Source: Lytechinus pictus (taxonomy: Eukaryota). Taken from it: a stretch of DNA of 64,000 nt. Position numbers and translations under genes: made by a program. The stretch covers positions 8,372,001-8,436,000 of the forward strand of contig NC_087249.1 of the NCBI RefSeq assembly GCF_037042905.1. Reading direction: 5' to 3'. Below, piece after piece: positions 27,341 to 40,796 of the stretch (its first letter is position 1; each line of letters starts with the position of its first letter). The notes under the pieces are model-generated. The model did not search any database. It was given only the letters and a program-made list of their open reading frames with translations, and was not told where the DNA came from.

Positions 27341-27697
27341 AAAGCTTTGTTGAAATGCACCATTTGTGCAATCTGAATTTGAGAAATATGTTTTTGCATG
27401 AGAAAAATAAAAACCTGTTGTGAAAGGCATTTGCAAGGTGATAAGTCAGGGGAATTAGAAAACTTCAAGGTATAGATCTAATAAGTTTAAAAACACTGGA
27501 CACGCTCAACTTGGCCATAGCTATGGCACTCCAAATTAAAGGGGAAAAATGGAACATACATGAGATGACCAATGTGTCTGGTGTATTGCCATTCCAGATC
27601 ATCAATGATCTTGCGTTTACACGAAGATCCTACTTAGAATTACCATAAAAAGCAGCATTTAAACCTATTTGTTCTATTCTTAAATATATTTTCTTAC

Positions 27698-27829
27698 ATA
27701 AATGTTTGGGTTCCACTGCTACTCTGACAATGGGTGGAGCTGCAAAGGTCATGTCTGTGAATGCCGGACAGGCAAGGCTGCTCGAAATGGTTGCTGACTT
27801 CAGCACTATCTCATCTAAGCCACCAATAC
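27698..27829 (-). CDS. EFL1: EFL1 coding exon 14
   Basis: [43 protein letters not shown] (hand-translated); tag| and |gtaaga. Confidence 0.95.
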
Positions 27830-28681
27830 CTAGGTAGGAATGAAAAAAGCAATCAATTTAAAGAGTATATCTATGAGGAATAATATTATGGAAGTTGAAT
27901 TGAGATTATACATTGGACAGAAACTTTAAAAAAAACTTAAATACAAACCTACCAATAACTAAAATATTTGATATATTACTTTAAACAGTTCCTTGCCATA
28001 AAGTGACATAATCAATGTCAACATTTGCAGACAAGTATTTCAACCACTTTTATTTTTATTTTTTATTTATTTGGTCAGTCATACTTTCAGTCATGAAACA
28101 TCACAATGTCCAGGCTATGTTCACCCTAGCAGCAAGTTGATTTGAATAATTACAGGAAATAAAATAAGCAAACCCTGAAAAAAAAACTTGGAGTACTAAC
28201 ACACTGTTTTCACATTCTTAATATTTTATTTCAAATCATCTTCAGGATTTTATAATCTTTTATTTCATACAATGATCTGGATATGATTTGAAATAAAAGA
28301 TTAATAAAAAATTAATTTGACATGAACAGTTAAAAAAAACTGAACAGTTGAAAACACTGCATGAATCTACTAATGAATCTATTATTTTCTTCTTTATATA
28401 ATATCAGATGATAGTGGACGTCAAACAGTGCATTTTTTTAATGTTAATGATAAAGTAATAGTTCTATGTTTCACTTAGCTTCCCACCCGGTAAAGGGTCT
28501 GCAATTGACATGATATATCAATGAGAGAGATAACAGTGTCACACATTCATTAAGTATTTTCCTTTTTGCATACAGGGTACCCTTCACAGCAATTGTTAAC
28601 AAAAAATAACAGATATCAAATGTTCTAAAATTTGCACTTGTTGATGATAGGAAATACAGAATAAGGACAAGAACAGCTTAC

Positions 28682-28820
28682 CTAATATGTTACCAGCAGG
28701 GACTTTCTCAAGGAGTTCTAATTCTCTACCCATCAGAAGATATAGACTGTCAACTGTAAACTCAGCTATGTATCGACTGCACTCCATGTTGGGTGACAAA
28801 CTACCTCTATTTTCTGATAT
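28682..28820 (-). CDS. EFL1: EFL1 coding exon 13
   Basis: ...VDSLYLLMGRELELLEKVPAGNIL; cag| and |gtaag. Confidence 0.95.
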
Positions 28821-29217
28821 CTGAGACAAAAGCAATAATCATGTATTCAAATATTAAGTGGTGTCAAATTTTTGTTTTCACTAACAAAGGTCTTATTGGA
28901 CAAACGGAAGATTTTTATTAAATGTAACTTTTTTAAAGCTTATTACGCATGACATGAATCAAAGATTACTTCGTTTTCAAAAACACATTTTCGATGTCAA
29001 TTAAAATTGGATGGAATTGGAATTTCTTATAATGCAAATGTATATCGAGAATAGAACAGAACTGAGTCAATTTCTGATAATTTTGGCGACTTCTAGACTT
29101 AATGCTTACAAAGCATTATTTCAAAATCCCAGTGAGCGTGGTGCTTCTACAACCTATTCTCCAATCACTTTTGAAGAAATGTTGATCAAATAAAGAAGGC
29201 AAATAGATAAGACTTAC

Positions 29218-29384
29218 CTCAGCCAAGGCCTTTTGAGGATCATGCCTAGGTCCAAGAACAAAGAGTTTCTGTCCTTTGTGAATGGTCCCACTGAAGACTC
29301 GCCCAAATGCAAGGAATGTCTCTCCAGACTTCTTTTCCTCCTCGGCTTCTGGTTCCACTGTCAAGTCTGTTGATTCTACCATAT
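29218..29384 (-). CDS. EFL1: EFL1 coding exon 12
   Basis: ...FLAFGRVFSGTIHKGQKLFVLGPRHDP...; donor |gtaagt. Confidence 0.93.
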
Positions 29385-29778
29385 CTAATTAAAAAAAAAC
29401 ATTAAAAAAATGAATGAATGGCTAATTTGGAGTGATAATGATATTTGCCCTTTTTTGGGGTGGGGGTCTGATCTTCATGATGTAAGATAAATAGAAAAAA
29501 TATAATTGTTTCTTGTGTTTGTCACAATGGCACCTTTTTCTTCTTTCATGATATCGAATTTGTTAATCTGCTAACAATTCAGTAATAATGTTTTTTTATA
29601 CAAACAATAAAATGGAGGTAAAAAATTTGCACTGTCCAGGGATGCCCATATAATTTCTTAGTTTTAAAACAAAAGCAAAATTTTTTTTTTCTTGTCAAAA
29701 TATAATCTACTGTAAAAATGTGAGGTCGAATCTACAAGGTTTTGTCACCAAAGCTTGGTGACATACGTATGTACTTGC

Positions 29779-29948
29779 CTGTAGCTGATGTTTCTTCCTG
29801 AGAAGTCAACATGTCTCTTTCTTTTCCTCCCCCACCACCACCTCCTCCTCCTTTGTCCTGCTCTGCTGCTGCTGCTGCAGCTCTTCTCTCAGCATGCCTC
29901 TTTCTTGCTTCCTCTCTCCTTTGTTGTATCTCAGCACAAGTCAACGGT
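29779..29948 (-). CDS. EFL1: EFL1 coding exon 11 (GC donor; alternative GT donor ends the exon at 29767)
   Basis: PLTCAEIQQRREEARKRHAERR, then poly-Ala and poly-Gly; CAG|GCAAGT or TAC|GTATGT, both phase 1. Confidence 0.85.
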
Positions 29949-30763
29949 CTGTAAATTCAAATCGGTGACACAACATTTTCTCCTGCAAAATTTGGTCCGG
30001 TCTTAATATCTCAGAGGGCATAGGGTTAGAGTTAAGATTGTAATGAGAGTTTTTGGTTCAGAATAATGTAAAAACAATGATTAGGGTTTTGGAGGTTAGA
30101 TTTTAGGTTTGGCTTAACGTGCAGATTTTGTATCGGAGCAATTGTCGCCGGAGCAAATGTCATAGAACCGTCAAATCAATCATAATAAAAATAAGATCAT
30201 CAGGCAACCTTCTTTTTTTAAAGTCCAATCATAACTTAATGAATGAGGTGAGAAATCTCAGCTTGCAGTAACTTTGTACACAAAATCACATTTTTGGGAT
30301 GTTTTCAGTATGATAGGCATATATAAAATTAAATGAAATCTGATTATTGAAAAAATATTCTAAAATATTCACCAGACTTGAAAGTTAAAGTCAGTGATCA
30401 ACACAACCAGACAATTTGCACAATGGAATGTTTAAATTTATGCATAGATTTACAAACTGGAGTATGAGGTGTCATTTTGCTAAATCATTTTCCACTGCAC
30501 AAGATAACACTAGTACCTTGTATAATATTATTATACAAGGTACTAAAAAATGCCCCCCCCCCCCCCATTATTGTAATAAATAAGTTGAGTAGTAACAGGC
30601 ACTCTTCTTTATATCAATCACAAAAACCTTTGCGGACAACTTTTGCCTCTATATTCCAGTCATTTCTTAGGCATGTGCAGCAGCTGACTGCTATTAAGTG
30701 AAGTAAGAATGTGACAACTGAATTTGCACTAAAATTCTCCTGTTAATAATGTCCAATACGTAC

Positions 30764-30863
30764 CTTTGTCTGTTCTGTGGTAGCATACTCCGATCAACAG
30801 CTACCATTTTGGAGATGTAAACAATGACTGGGGCATCTGAATCAGAGGTAGACATCTGGAAAG
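30764..30863 (-). CDS. EFL1: EFL1 coding exon 10
   Basis: FQMSTSDSDAPVIVYISKMVAVDRSMLPQNRQ; cag| and |gtacg. Confidence 0.93.
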
Positions 30864-30898
30864 CTGTAGGGAATATTAACAAAATATATATATGTTTA

Positions 30899-31411
30899 CA
30901 GTGCGTCCCAGAAGAAAAGGTAAGTGGGATTGCAAGATATTTTTTTCTTCATATTCCATGCACATCATAAGATTCAGTTATTCTTCTTTATTTTGACACC
31001 TAACATAAGAAAAACATTTCCCACATTGATGAGCAAGAGGTATTTTAGATTTTAAAGGCAAAACCAGGTTGTGCAAGAAAATCAACAACAATGGTTAATG
31101 ATACAATGACTGCGCTTATTCAAGGAATGACCGATTAACATTTCGTTTGTATTCTTTGTAAAGTTCCTTTCACCAATCTCTAAATAAGAGTAGATTCAGA
31201 TTCACACAATAGTTCCAGCTCAAATCGTTTCGGATATGCCTCAGTATCTATTATCTGTATTCTGCCATCTATGAAAGTTTGCTTTTGGTCTCAAATTAAA
31301 GTAGAGATTGAAAATCTTCTTATACTCTAAGTGTCAAATTCGAAATCAAAACATATTTAATGATTGTGATTTCTATCTCTGAAAACTGGTTCTTTTTTGT
31401 CGGACGCACTG
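30899..31411. mobile_element. Tc1/mariner MITE
   Basis: TA|CAGTGCGTCC...GGACGCACTG|TA. Confidence 0.8.
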
Positions 31412-32077
31412 TATATGTATATTAATGAAAAAAAACTCCTGGACTGCTACATGGTGATCAGATGACGATGATTACACACAAAATAAAATTACATAAATAT
31501 ACACTCCTATGGATAATTTACAAACAAATATCTTGAAGGTCAATAATGAGAATTATTATCTATACATAGTGTTTTAACGATGCATCAAATTTGCATATTT
31601 TGGCCTGCATCAATTGCCTGTTCAATACGAGAGCATATTGAACAAAGTACCAAAATCCGACGAATATCCCATAGGCTACTGTCCAAAACTTACAATTAAA
31701 TACAAGCCAGACCATATTGAACAGTCTAATGTGCATGGACGAAAAATACGACACGTACAACAATGAAACTTGATGATGTCATAATAAACTACATGTAAGT
31801 CGCATTTCTATGATCAAATTTGATCTTATGAAGGCCATATTAACCGATTGTGGTATTCAGTGACACGACTTGCTCCATCAAAAATTTCCCTCTTTCCTGG
31901 GGTGGGGGGTAAATACTAATATTGTATGGCTTTATTTCATGGAATACCAGAAACATTCCAATTGTTAGGGCCAATATTCCACTCAAAAGAATATTGACCC
32001 TAACCCTTGGAATAGTTCTGGTATTCCATTCTGAGCCATCTAATTTAATATTATTACATTTATATACCAAACCCTAC

Positions 32078-32200
32078 CTTGTTTGAGTTGTTGAGATTCT
32101 GGATGAAGCGAGTCAAACCTTTGCCCACTGCTGCACATGAGTTTCTCTATTCTCTCTTCATTCACATTAGTGGGACTAGGCAGCTTACCACAAACCATGG
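32078..32200 (-). CDS. EFL1: EFL1 coding exon 9
   Basis: [40 protein letters not shown] (hand-translated); phase 1 at both ends. Confidence 0.92.
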
Positions 32201-32787
32201 CTTACAGTATCATCAAGGTCAAGGAGAATGTGACAAGTCATTAAGCATTAAATCATTCTGACAATGAAATATTTATAATATGATAATAATATGTCAATTT
32301 ATATAGTGCAGTTACAATGCGCATATACTCAACTGCACTTTGATACTTGGTATTATATTATTACCCCGGCTGTAGCTGAGCCGCCATATTAATAGGCGCT
32401 AAAAGCCTTCAAAGAATAAATCCTACCGGGTACCCATACACCTCACCTGGGTCGAGTGCAGCACAATGTGGATAAATTTCTTGCGGAGGGAAATTACGCC
32501 ATGGCTGGGATTGATGATTTCAAGACAGTAAACAAGATTTTCATTCTTTGTACATAAAGACTACTTTTTCATAATAATTTTCATATTTTTTTTTCTTATT
32601 CTGAACTGATTTTATCATTTTCTTATATATACATTGCATGTCTTATCCCTTTGGAGACTAAGCCTGTGTATATGCTGACTGGGGTCTATGGAAAACATGT
32701 GTTGCAGCAAAATCAGTCTCCAACGGATTAAGTACCCTATCAATCATCAAATAATAATGAATGTGAGACTTATTTCATAAAGGATAC
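32201..32787 (-). other. EFL1: U12-type (minor spliceosome) GT-AG intron of EFL1
   Basis: 5' site GTATCCTTTA; branch TCTCCTTGAC at 32227-32218 with its A ~18 nt from the AG; no polypyrimidine tract. Confidence 0.88.
32275..32512 (-). mobile_element. SINE copy, 5'-truncated, inside the U12 intron
   Basis: ccgggtaccca...cctcacctgggtcgagtgcagcacaatgtgga, shared with the 35191 and 58050 copies. Confidence 0.75.
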
Positions 32788-32924
32788 ACAGAACAGCTTT
32801 CGACAGTGGCAGCCATTGCGTGCAGATCGCCTTTAGACAGATCCTGGTATCGTTGTGTCGAAGGTCACGGGGAGCAAGCTTCAATCCAAGAGATTTGACA
32901 ATCTTTTCCATCTTCTCTTTATCT
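32788..32924 (-). CDS. EFL1: EFL1 coding exon 8
   Basis: DKEKMEKIVKSLGLKLAPRDLRHNDTRICLKAICTQWLPLSKAVL (hand-translated). Confidence 0.94.
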
Positions 32925-33426
32925 CTACAACAATATCACACATTATACAACTCCCAATAATGTTCTGTAATCTGATTGGTCCAAATCGGATCACATGATA
33001 TTCAGCAAATTGCACTATTGCATCCAAAATGCACTATCCTGCACTCTTGACGTCATACCAAAAGTACAATCCTGCACTCTAACGTCAGAGTGCAGGATAG
33101 TGCCAGGTCTGGAATTATCTAAAATTTATAGCATATAGCATTTAGTAACATGGGGGAGGGGGTGGTTGTATAAAACAATGCACGCATTCTTGTGCATAGA
33201 GGATCTTAATAATAAACTGTGCTCGAATCGCTAAATGGATATACCGCACTCGGTCCTGCGGACCTTGGTACGGTATATCCATTGGCTTTTCTCGCACATC
33301 GTTCATTATTTGATCCTGCATGCACGCGCTTATGTGCATTATTTGTATAATGATGATAACCTCATTATGACATCCTCTTATTTGACAAACAAAAATTATC
33401 GCAAATAGATATAATTATCATACTAT

Positions 33427-35119
33427 CAGAGCTGCCAACATTGGGATGATAGAATCCAGTAGATTTCGCGGAGGTATGATTTTGTGAGGGAGCGGCGGAA
33501 CGTTGTCCCACGGATGGGAGTTTTGGGTAGCAAAACACATTAAGAAACAACATTTGATAGTAACCGACAGCTGTCTAAACCATCAAAAAAAATTCCGATA
33601 GATGAAATGCACATTAGAGAGAATTCATGAATTGTCATTGACTAAATATACACTTCAGGCAAAACAGTAGATTTTTAAATAATTCATAAAAGAATGCATT
33701 CAACATGAAAATACCTTTAATTGGCCAGAGGGGGAAGGGGCTGCAGTAGTGGTAAACATGGTAAATGAGCTTTATGTGGACTGTTTAAAGTCTCTGAGGG
33801 ATTCCTGTGAAAACTGTCACACAGTCCCATTCTGCTTGAAAAGTATCTTTATACTTCGACAAGTATTTTGTCGTCTTGGTCTTGGATGACTCCATCTCCA
33901 TGATCTCCATGGTCACTGGCGATGCGATTGTAGTGTGGATAAATCGGGACGGGGCTAGACAGCTGGCAGCCGTCTGTTTCGAGGAGTTTTTAAACATTTT
34001 TTTATTTTTTTTATTTCTCCTCGTACACAGACGGCTCGCTAGCGTGCAGCCACCATTAGGGGACTTGCAATGCAAAATCCCCCCGTCGGGGCTCTTCAAT
34101 TTTTGTCTTTAATGAATAAAATTTTTGAAAATTAACGCGACCAAAATGCAAATTAATATTCCCTCTTGGCATTAATTGCCAAAAAACAGAGAAAAATCAA
34201 GTTAAAAGGAACAAAAACAGTGACTTACCTCGGCTGTCGCGCAAATTCACTTCCCCGTTTTATCCGCTCTTAAGTACATAAACATATGGCCAGTGAGTCC
34301 CCTGTACAGATCGCGCTAGAACTTCGGTCTCTGTATTTGGCGAGTGAAGCCAACGGAGTTCAGCTGAACGACCAACATAACAGAGACTGAAGCTTTTGGT
34401 CTAGGACGGGGCGTGCTTCGCACAGCTCAGCCAGCCACTGAGCCAGCGCCAGGCTAGCTCACTCACGAAAGAGAAAATGTTCGAATCCGATCAACCCAAG
34501 TGAAAGTAGGCGAAAAAATCTCCACTTTGCTTCTAATTTTTCAGAATTGTCAATAAAATTATTCCTGAAACTGGAAGTCGAGGTGTAAAAGTAATCCACT
34601 TGTTAATCCCATCATTGAACCACAGTTTCAGCTCGAATAAGGCGCAAGCAAGCTTACGAAAAATGCCTCGCAGTGCTCGTGAACTTTCCTTCTCGGAGCT
34701 TCCTGGCGCAGCGCGGCCGGCTGGAGCCCCGGCCGCCGGGGCGCATCGGGGGCCATGTGCATAGAGTACCGCTGAAGAGTTTTCATCATACATTGCAGAA
34801 CCCGGAAATAAAATGGCTTGTTAGACTACTTTACCAGTCGTTCAGTAAAATTATCTTCATTTACATGGGAAATCAATGTACGATTATACAAAAACTGGTA
34901 GAAGTTACTGGGTAAAATGAAAATGTGATAAGGAGGTTCCACGTGGGTGTTAGGGAATTGAACATGCTAGACTCGTTAAACAGTCGTTTGTATGAATTTT
35001 ACAATTTAACAGCTAAAAATCCTGATTATCCGGGAGATTTTGGCATGGGGTCGGGAGAACGGGAGATTGGATCGCAATCCAGTATTCTCCCGCAGGATCC
35101 GGGAGACTTGGAAGCTCTG
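33427..35119. mobile_element. hAT-like non-autonomous element with a possible transposase N-terminal remnant
   Basis: Ends CAGAGCTGCCAA / TTGGAAGCTCTG; TACTAT on both flanks; minus-strand peptide KTTKYLSKYKDTFQAEW. Confidence 0.7.
33956..34403 (+). mobile_element. TAGAC...GTCTA element, family A
   Basis: Perfect 9-bp TSD GGACGGGGC; homologous to 12570-13002. Confidence 0.92.
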
Positions 35120-35190
35120 TACTATTCAGGTGATATTTGAAGACCACTTGACAGGATTATCAGTCCATTTTTTAAGCTAAATATCATAGA

Positions 35191-35478
35191 TAATAATAAT
35201 AATAATACCAACATGCTTATATAGCGCTCATCACTGCCAAATGCATCCATGTGAGCTCAGTTGGATATTATTACTCTGGCTTTAGCCCCGCAGCATTTTA
35301 CAGCACGGTGGCACTTCAAGGAATAAATTCCTGCCAGGTACCCATTTACCTCACCTGGGTTGAGCGCAGCACAATGTGGATAAATTTCTTGCCGAAGGAA
35401 ATTACACTATGGCTGGGATTCTAGCCCATGACTCTGTTTCTAAGTCAGAAGACTGACCCACTGGGCCACAACGTTCCA
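35191..35478 (-). mobile_element. tRNA-derived SINE copy
   Basis: Same core and (TAA)n tail as the other copies. Confidence 0.75.
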
Positions 35479-36312
35479 TGATTGAATGGGAGTGTCATGG
35501 TCTGGTGTTATTTTTTTTCAATCAAGCACTCATGGGTTCCAACCCTTGTCATGGAGTTATTTCTTTGATTTATTTTCAATTGGTCTAATGCCAATTTGTC
35601 CAATTACCAATTCATCTACTATCATTTGGTCTACCATCAGTTCGTCCACTATCCACATGGTCTAATTGCCATTTCGTCTAATAACAAGTTGGTCCAACAG
35701 CCAATTAGTCCATACATATTAGGTATAATTGTATTAAATGTTGATTGGGCAAAATGAATGAAAATGAAATGGATATTAGGCCAACTGGTAATGAGACAAA
35801 ATGGTCATAGACGACCAAATGGTTATTGAACCAAATGATTGCTAGACAAAATGTTGATAGAAGGACTGGTATTGGACAAAATGAAGGTAGACCATGTGAT
35901 GAGTGGACGAGTTGGCAATTACCATCTCTTTCATCAAGAAGATGATCCACATTGTGCTGCACTCAACCCAGGTGAGGTAAATGGGGACCTGGGCCTGGCA
36001 GGAATCTATTCCTTAAAATGTAAATAATGGTGCTGCATTATTGTTGAGTGCTTAGAGACTTCTGATAACATAAGTGGGTTTATTTATCATAAAGTGACAA
36101 GTTCACAAATGATGGTCATCTTTTTTAACTTTCTTTCAATTCTGTAAACTTATTTCAACATCATAAAACACAAACAAAAAACACCCCTAAAACAACACCC
36201 TGTATTTCTATTTTTACTTAAATGTATCAACATGTAACATACAAAAAAGTACAGGGACCATATTCTTCACAGGATACTTACTGTATTTCTTTGTATGATT
36301 TTGCATACTTAC

Positions 36313-36392
36313 TTCCTGACAATGACTGTGTCATAAAGCGACCATATGTTCTCCAATACAAATTGCACAAATAGAGGCTTCTTGGCTTTAGC
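36313..36392 (-). CDS. EFL1: EFL1 coding exon 7
   Basis: [26 protein letters not shown] (hand-translated); cag| and |gtaagt. Confidence 0.94.
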
Positions 36393-37388
36393 CTGGATGG
36401 GTGAATAAAGATAGAGGGATTGACAGACAGATGAGGATGGGAGGGAGGGATGGGTGGGTGGAGAGAATGAATGAGACAGAAAAAGGAGGTATGGACAAAA
36501 GGAAGAAGCAAAACAGAATCAAATTAACGATAAATGAAGTTGTAGTAAATGCTGCTTTCATGAGAAAGTCTGCACATTCAAGTTAAATTGTCACTATATC
36601 ATCATAGATCTAGATCTGGTACCTCAACACAAAGCCAACTCCATGACATCATAAAATCTAAGCTGAAAAACAATCAACCTGAAGTGAAGATCGCCAACAC
36701 AGATAAGCACATTTGGGACAAAGCGTTATCACTGCTTGGAAAATGACCAGACAGATAGCTGGAACCTCGTGATTATTTTGCTAATTTCTCAACAATTACA
36801 TAATTTCTTGTAGAATCCTTTGGCACATATTTTTAATTCAAACATACAGACACTTGGGTGGTCAATCTATTGGATTCTGTAAAAACTCATCTTGAAATCT
36901 TTACACCACCTGGCAATTAGCTTAAAGGAACTTCGTCTATGATTCTAAAACCAAATTATCTTCCTAGCTACTCTTGTAATCTTTAAATTACATACCTATG
37001 CTTTTTAGACTAGTGGTATATGTCAAGATATTTAGCATAGAAAAATTCATGTCTCAGTAGTGCACAACCAAACTATTATTTCTGTACTAAATTTCTTCTG
37101 GTTGGCATAGCTCTCCAAGTGACGCAGACAAGGGGGATTGTGCAGACTTGGGGGAACTTGCCATACCAGAAAAAAGCAAACTGCTCATAAAACAATTATA
37201 AAATATTTTTTCATTTGGGAGATGATTTTTTTTTATTAGGGAAGCTTCCAAACTCTGAAGTGAATGATAATGTAAAGATATCTAGTAAAGACATTACACA
37301 AAGGCAGCCCATGTGAGCAATTGCATTATAAACAATGAAAAAAAAATCATGAATATATTTTTTCCCCCAAAACTAATAAAATAGATAC

Positions 37389-37512
37389 CTGAGCTCCTTT
37401 CATGATCCTCTTTGACTTCGTGTGGAGGTAAAAATCTCCCCAGAGAGTCTTACGAAGAACGTCTGCCCTCACACCGAGTTTGCTGGCATACATTTCTGCA
37501 AAGTGGTTGATA
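37389..37512 (-). CDS. EFL1: EFL1 coding exon 6
   Basis: INHFAEMYASKLGVRADVLRKTLWGDFYLHTKSKRIMKGAQ (hand-translated). Confidence 0.95.
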
Positions 37513-38512
37513 CTGGAGGAAAAGAAAGATATAGAACATTAAACTATACAGTTATCTCTCCCAAACATGCTTGATGTAAATGTATGCTATCAACCTCTGA
37601 CACATTAAACATATGAAATCATATTTGCCAATTTATATAAGCTTGAGAATTTGGGATTTTAGTTCTTAAACTGTATCCTCATACTGTAAAACATCAATGA
37701 ATGTACATACATTCATGTCCCTCCTACATGTACATCGGGGAGGGGGGGGGGTTTCACAACTTTCCAGTTGCATGCTGAATAAAAAGCATTACCACATTGG
37801 TCAAATCAAGAGCACACGCACTACTGCTTATTAATCAATAAGATTGCGCATTACATATATTACATGTGCGCGTCAGAACTAAAAATGATTTTCTTTAAGT
37901 CATACTTAACTTTGTGTGAAACACCTCCAAGTCTTTGGTCAAGGGATCAGAGGTTAGGGCTGATGACCGTTCTAACAATTTTTTTTTTCAGTAGTGCTTT
38001 AAACGCACAATAATTATGTCACTTTCTCGCCCAATATCCCCCCCTCCCTCTCTTGTATCACTGATAAATATAAATAGGTATTATGGGATGGATGAAGAGA
38101 AACACCAAATAATTTATTATGGGATATCAGGGTTGGGGTTTGGACCATTGTGCAGGGGGGGGGGGGGGAGAAAAGAAGATTCCGGGTCATGTGCTAGGTA
38201 GCAACCTCTAAAGCTAGGGTTACACTGGAACCAAATCAGCAGCGAATTCATCAAAATACACGTATTCAGGTGGTTTTGGGAGTATTCTGTTCTCCTTTCG
38301 CACATGCGATTAAATTTGGGAGGGATACAAGAATATTTGAATCCACCAAAACTATCTGAATCAGGCCGTATTTGGGCAGAATCAGTCTGAATTTATTCGG
38401 GAGAATTTGGTTTTGGTGTAACCTGGCCTTAAAGGACAAGTCCACCCCAACAAAAAGTTGATTTGAATAAATAGAGAAAAATGACCTTTAATAATGCAAA
38501 TCATCTCCATAC

Positions 38513-38691
38513 CTGAAACCCCATCCGTCCAATGCACTTGCAAAGACGACATTTCCTTGATCCGGTGAGAAATATATATGAGAGTCATCGGTGTCCTCCA
38601 AACCATCGCTCCAATCATACACCTGCTCTTCTACATCCTTACTCTCCCCAACACTCACTTTTTCTTTAGTCTGAATGGGGTCTTCACTTTT
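38513..38691 (-). CDS. EFL1: EFL1 coding exon 5
   Basis: ...[36 protein letters not shown]. Confidence 0.95.
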
Positions 38692-40008
38692 CTGAAACAT
38701 GAGAGACAAATGACCATTATTAAAAGTAAAAGTAAAATGATGTAGTTGCACAGCAAACAATTATCTCATTATAAAGTCTCTAAAATAATGGTTGATTGTC
38801 ACTCTATTATCAAAGGTCCAGATCTGGTACATTGACATAAACTTATCTTTGTGAAATCATGAAATCTTAGGTGAAAACTGACAAAACTTGTGATCACTAA
38901 TACAGAAAAGCATTTATGTGAGACAGTGTATTAACATTGCTTGGAAAAACACCCAACAATTGATGGAATTCTTTAGTTTATTATGCTCATTTCTCAGCAA
39001 TTACACATTTTCTCCAATAGCCATTTGGCACATATTTTTTACTTATACATACAAACACTTCGGTGGTCATTTCGTTGGATTCTGTTTGAACTCACTTTGA
39101 GATTGTTACCACAACTGCCACTTATCTTAAATTTCAATAAAAATTTAAATCACATTTCCTCTATTTTAAACATAATAAAGGCTATCATTTCTACAGAACT
39201 AAAAGCATAAACCCTTTGTTCTTTTCTATAGGATAATGAGATTCAATTACACTAATGAACAAAAATATTGTTCTTTAGCCACATGGGGTATATCCTGATA
39301 GCAGAGTGAGATAATATAGGAGTGCCTTGAGCATCTAACAAGGGTGGATACGTGCACTATATAAATCCTATATTATTATCACTATTATATCATATAAAAA
39401 TATTTGTCTTGTACATTACAATCAATCTGATAATCACCACAACAATCATAAAACAACCAGACTATTATTGTGAAATGAAATTTGTCTATTGAAACAGGAA
39501 AATGTAAAATGTTATCATAATCATCAAATATGCCAAACAAATAGAATTTGCTCTAAATTGCATCTGGTTACTATAAACCGAGAAGCAGAGAGATTGTTGC
39601 AAGAAACTGATCTGCAATCTATTACAAATTTGTAGCTGACTGGCTGATATTGAATATTACTTTTACAGGACCACATTGCACAAAAGTTACTCTTATGGTA
39701 ACTGTGCTATCCAATGGTAACTTTCAGGGATTCCTTGAGTTTGATTGACTGTTTAGCATTGTTGCCATGGTAGTTACCATTGGATGTCAAAGTTACCATA
39801 ATAGTAACTTCTATGCAACAGGTCCCAGCAAATCAAGTCGACCTTTTGGTAACCAAAAACAGACCATCAAATCAACTTCAAATCCACAATTGAGTGAATC
39901 AATTTATGACCTAAATCTGACTTGCATAGAACTGCAGCACAGGTACAGAGGCATAATGCCTATAAATAAAACCATTACAGAAGCGGCATGGTCAAAGTGA
40001 ACACCTAC

Positions 40009-40203
40009 GCTTGAAGCTTTCTCCAGGACATGTGAAGCGTAGAGGTTTCCTACGACAGCATTGACTTGCTCCAGGACCTGCTGAAGATGAAGATGTGCTT
40101 CCATCGGTGTGTACTTGAGCTCACTGATCAACCGATCTATCTTGTTCAGCACCAGGCAAGGTTTGATGTGCTCCAGCCAGGCCTGCCTTAAGACGACATG
40201 AGT
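40009..40203 (-). CDS. EFL1: EFL1 coding exon 4
   Basis: [26 protein letters not shown] (G4 NKxD)...LEKASS. Confidence 0.95.
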
Positions 40204-40796
40204 CTGAAGGGGTGATAATACCAAGGCATTGGTGAATTGTATCTCGACGATTGCAAAATTTACTAGAAATATTGTGGTCGCCGTTGCCACACAGCAGAAT
40301 TGCACCAACAGCTTACTGTGAAATATCTGCCATAGCGACTCCCATAAAAATTGCTTATCATGTGACAGTTTTGTGATGGTAGGGTAGGGCTGGATATGGA
40401 TCCCTAAGTCCTGTCTTCATACTTGGTGGGCGGGACAATAAAAACACAGCTTATAAAGAGAAAAATATATCCACCAATATGGTGGGTGTTAAAGGCCCTC
40501 AAAATGAACAACACTAACTAAACTTACAAAAATATACAAGATACAATTATAATATTTGTAATCATAATTAAAGTAGAATACATGTATACACAATCTCTGA
40601 TTTCTTTGATTTACATTAAAAAAAACAACAAGCTATATATTATTATTAAGCATTCAATGAAAGATCAACAATAAATGATAATGTGGTCTGCAACTATATG
40701 CTAAGCTCATGAGGTTAAAATAAATAAACTGGAAAATCTCTAATCTTCAAAATCCTAAACAGGCGATCAGACACCTTTGTGTACGTATGGTAACTG

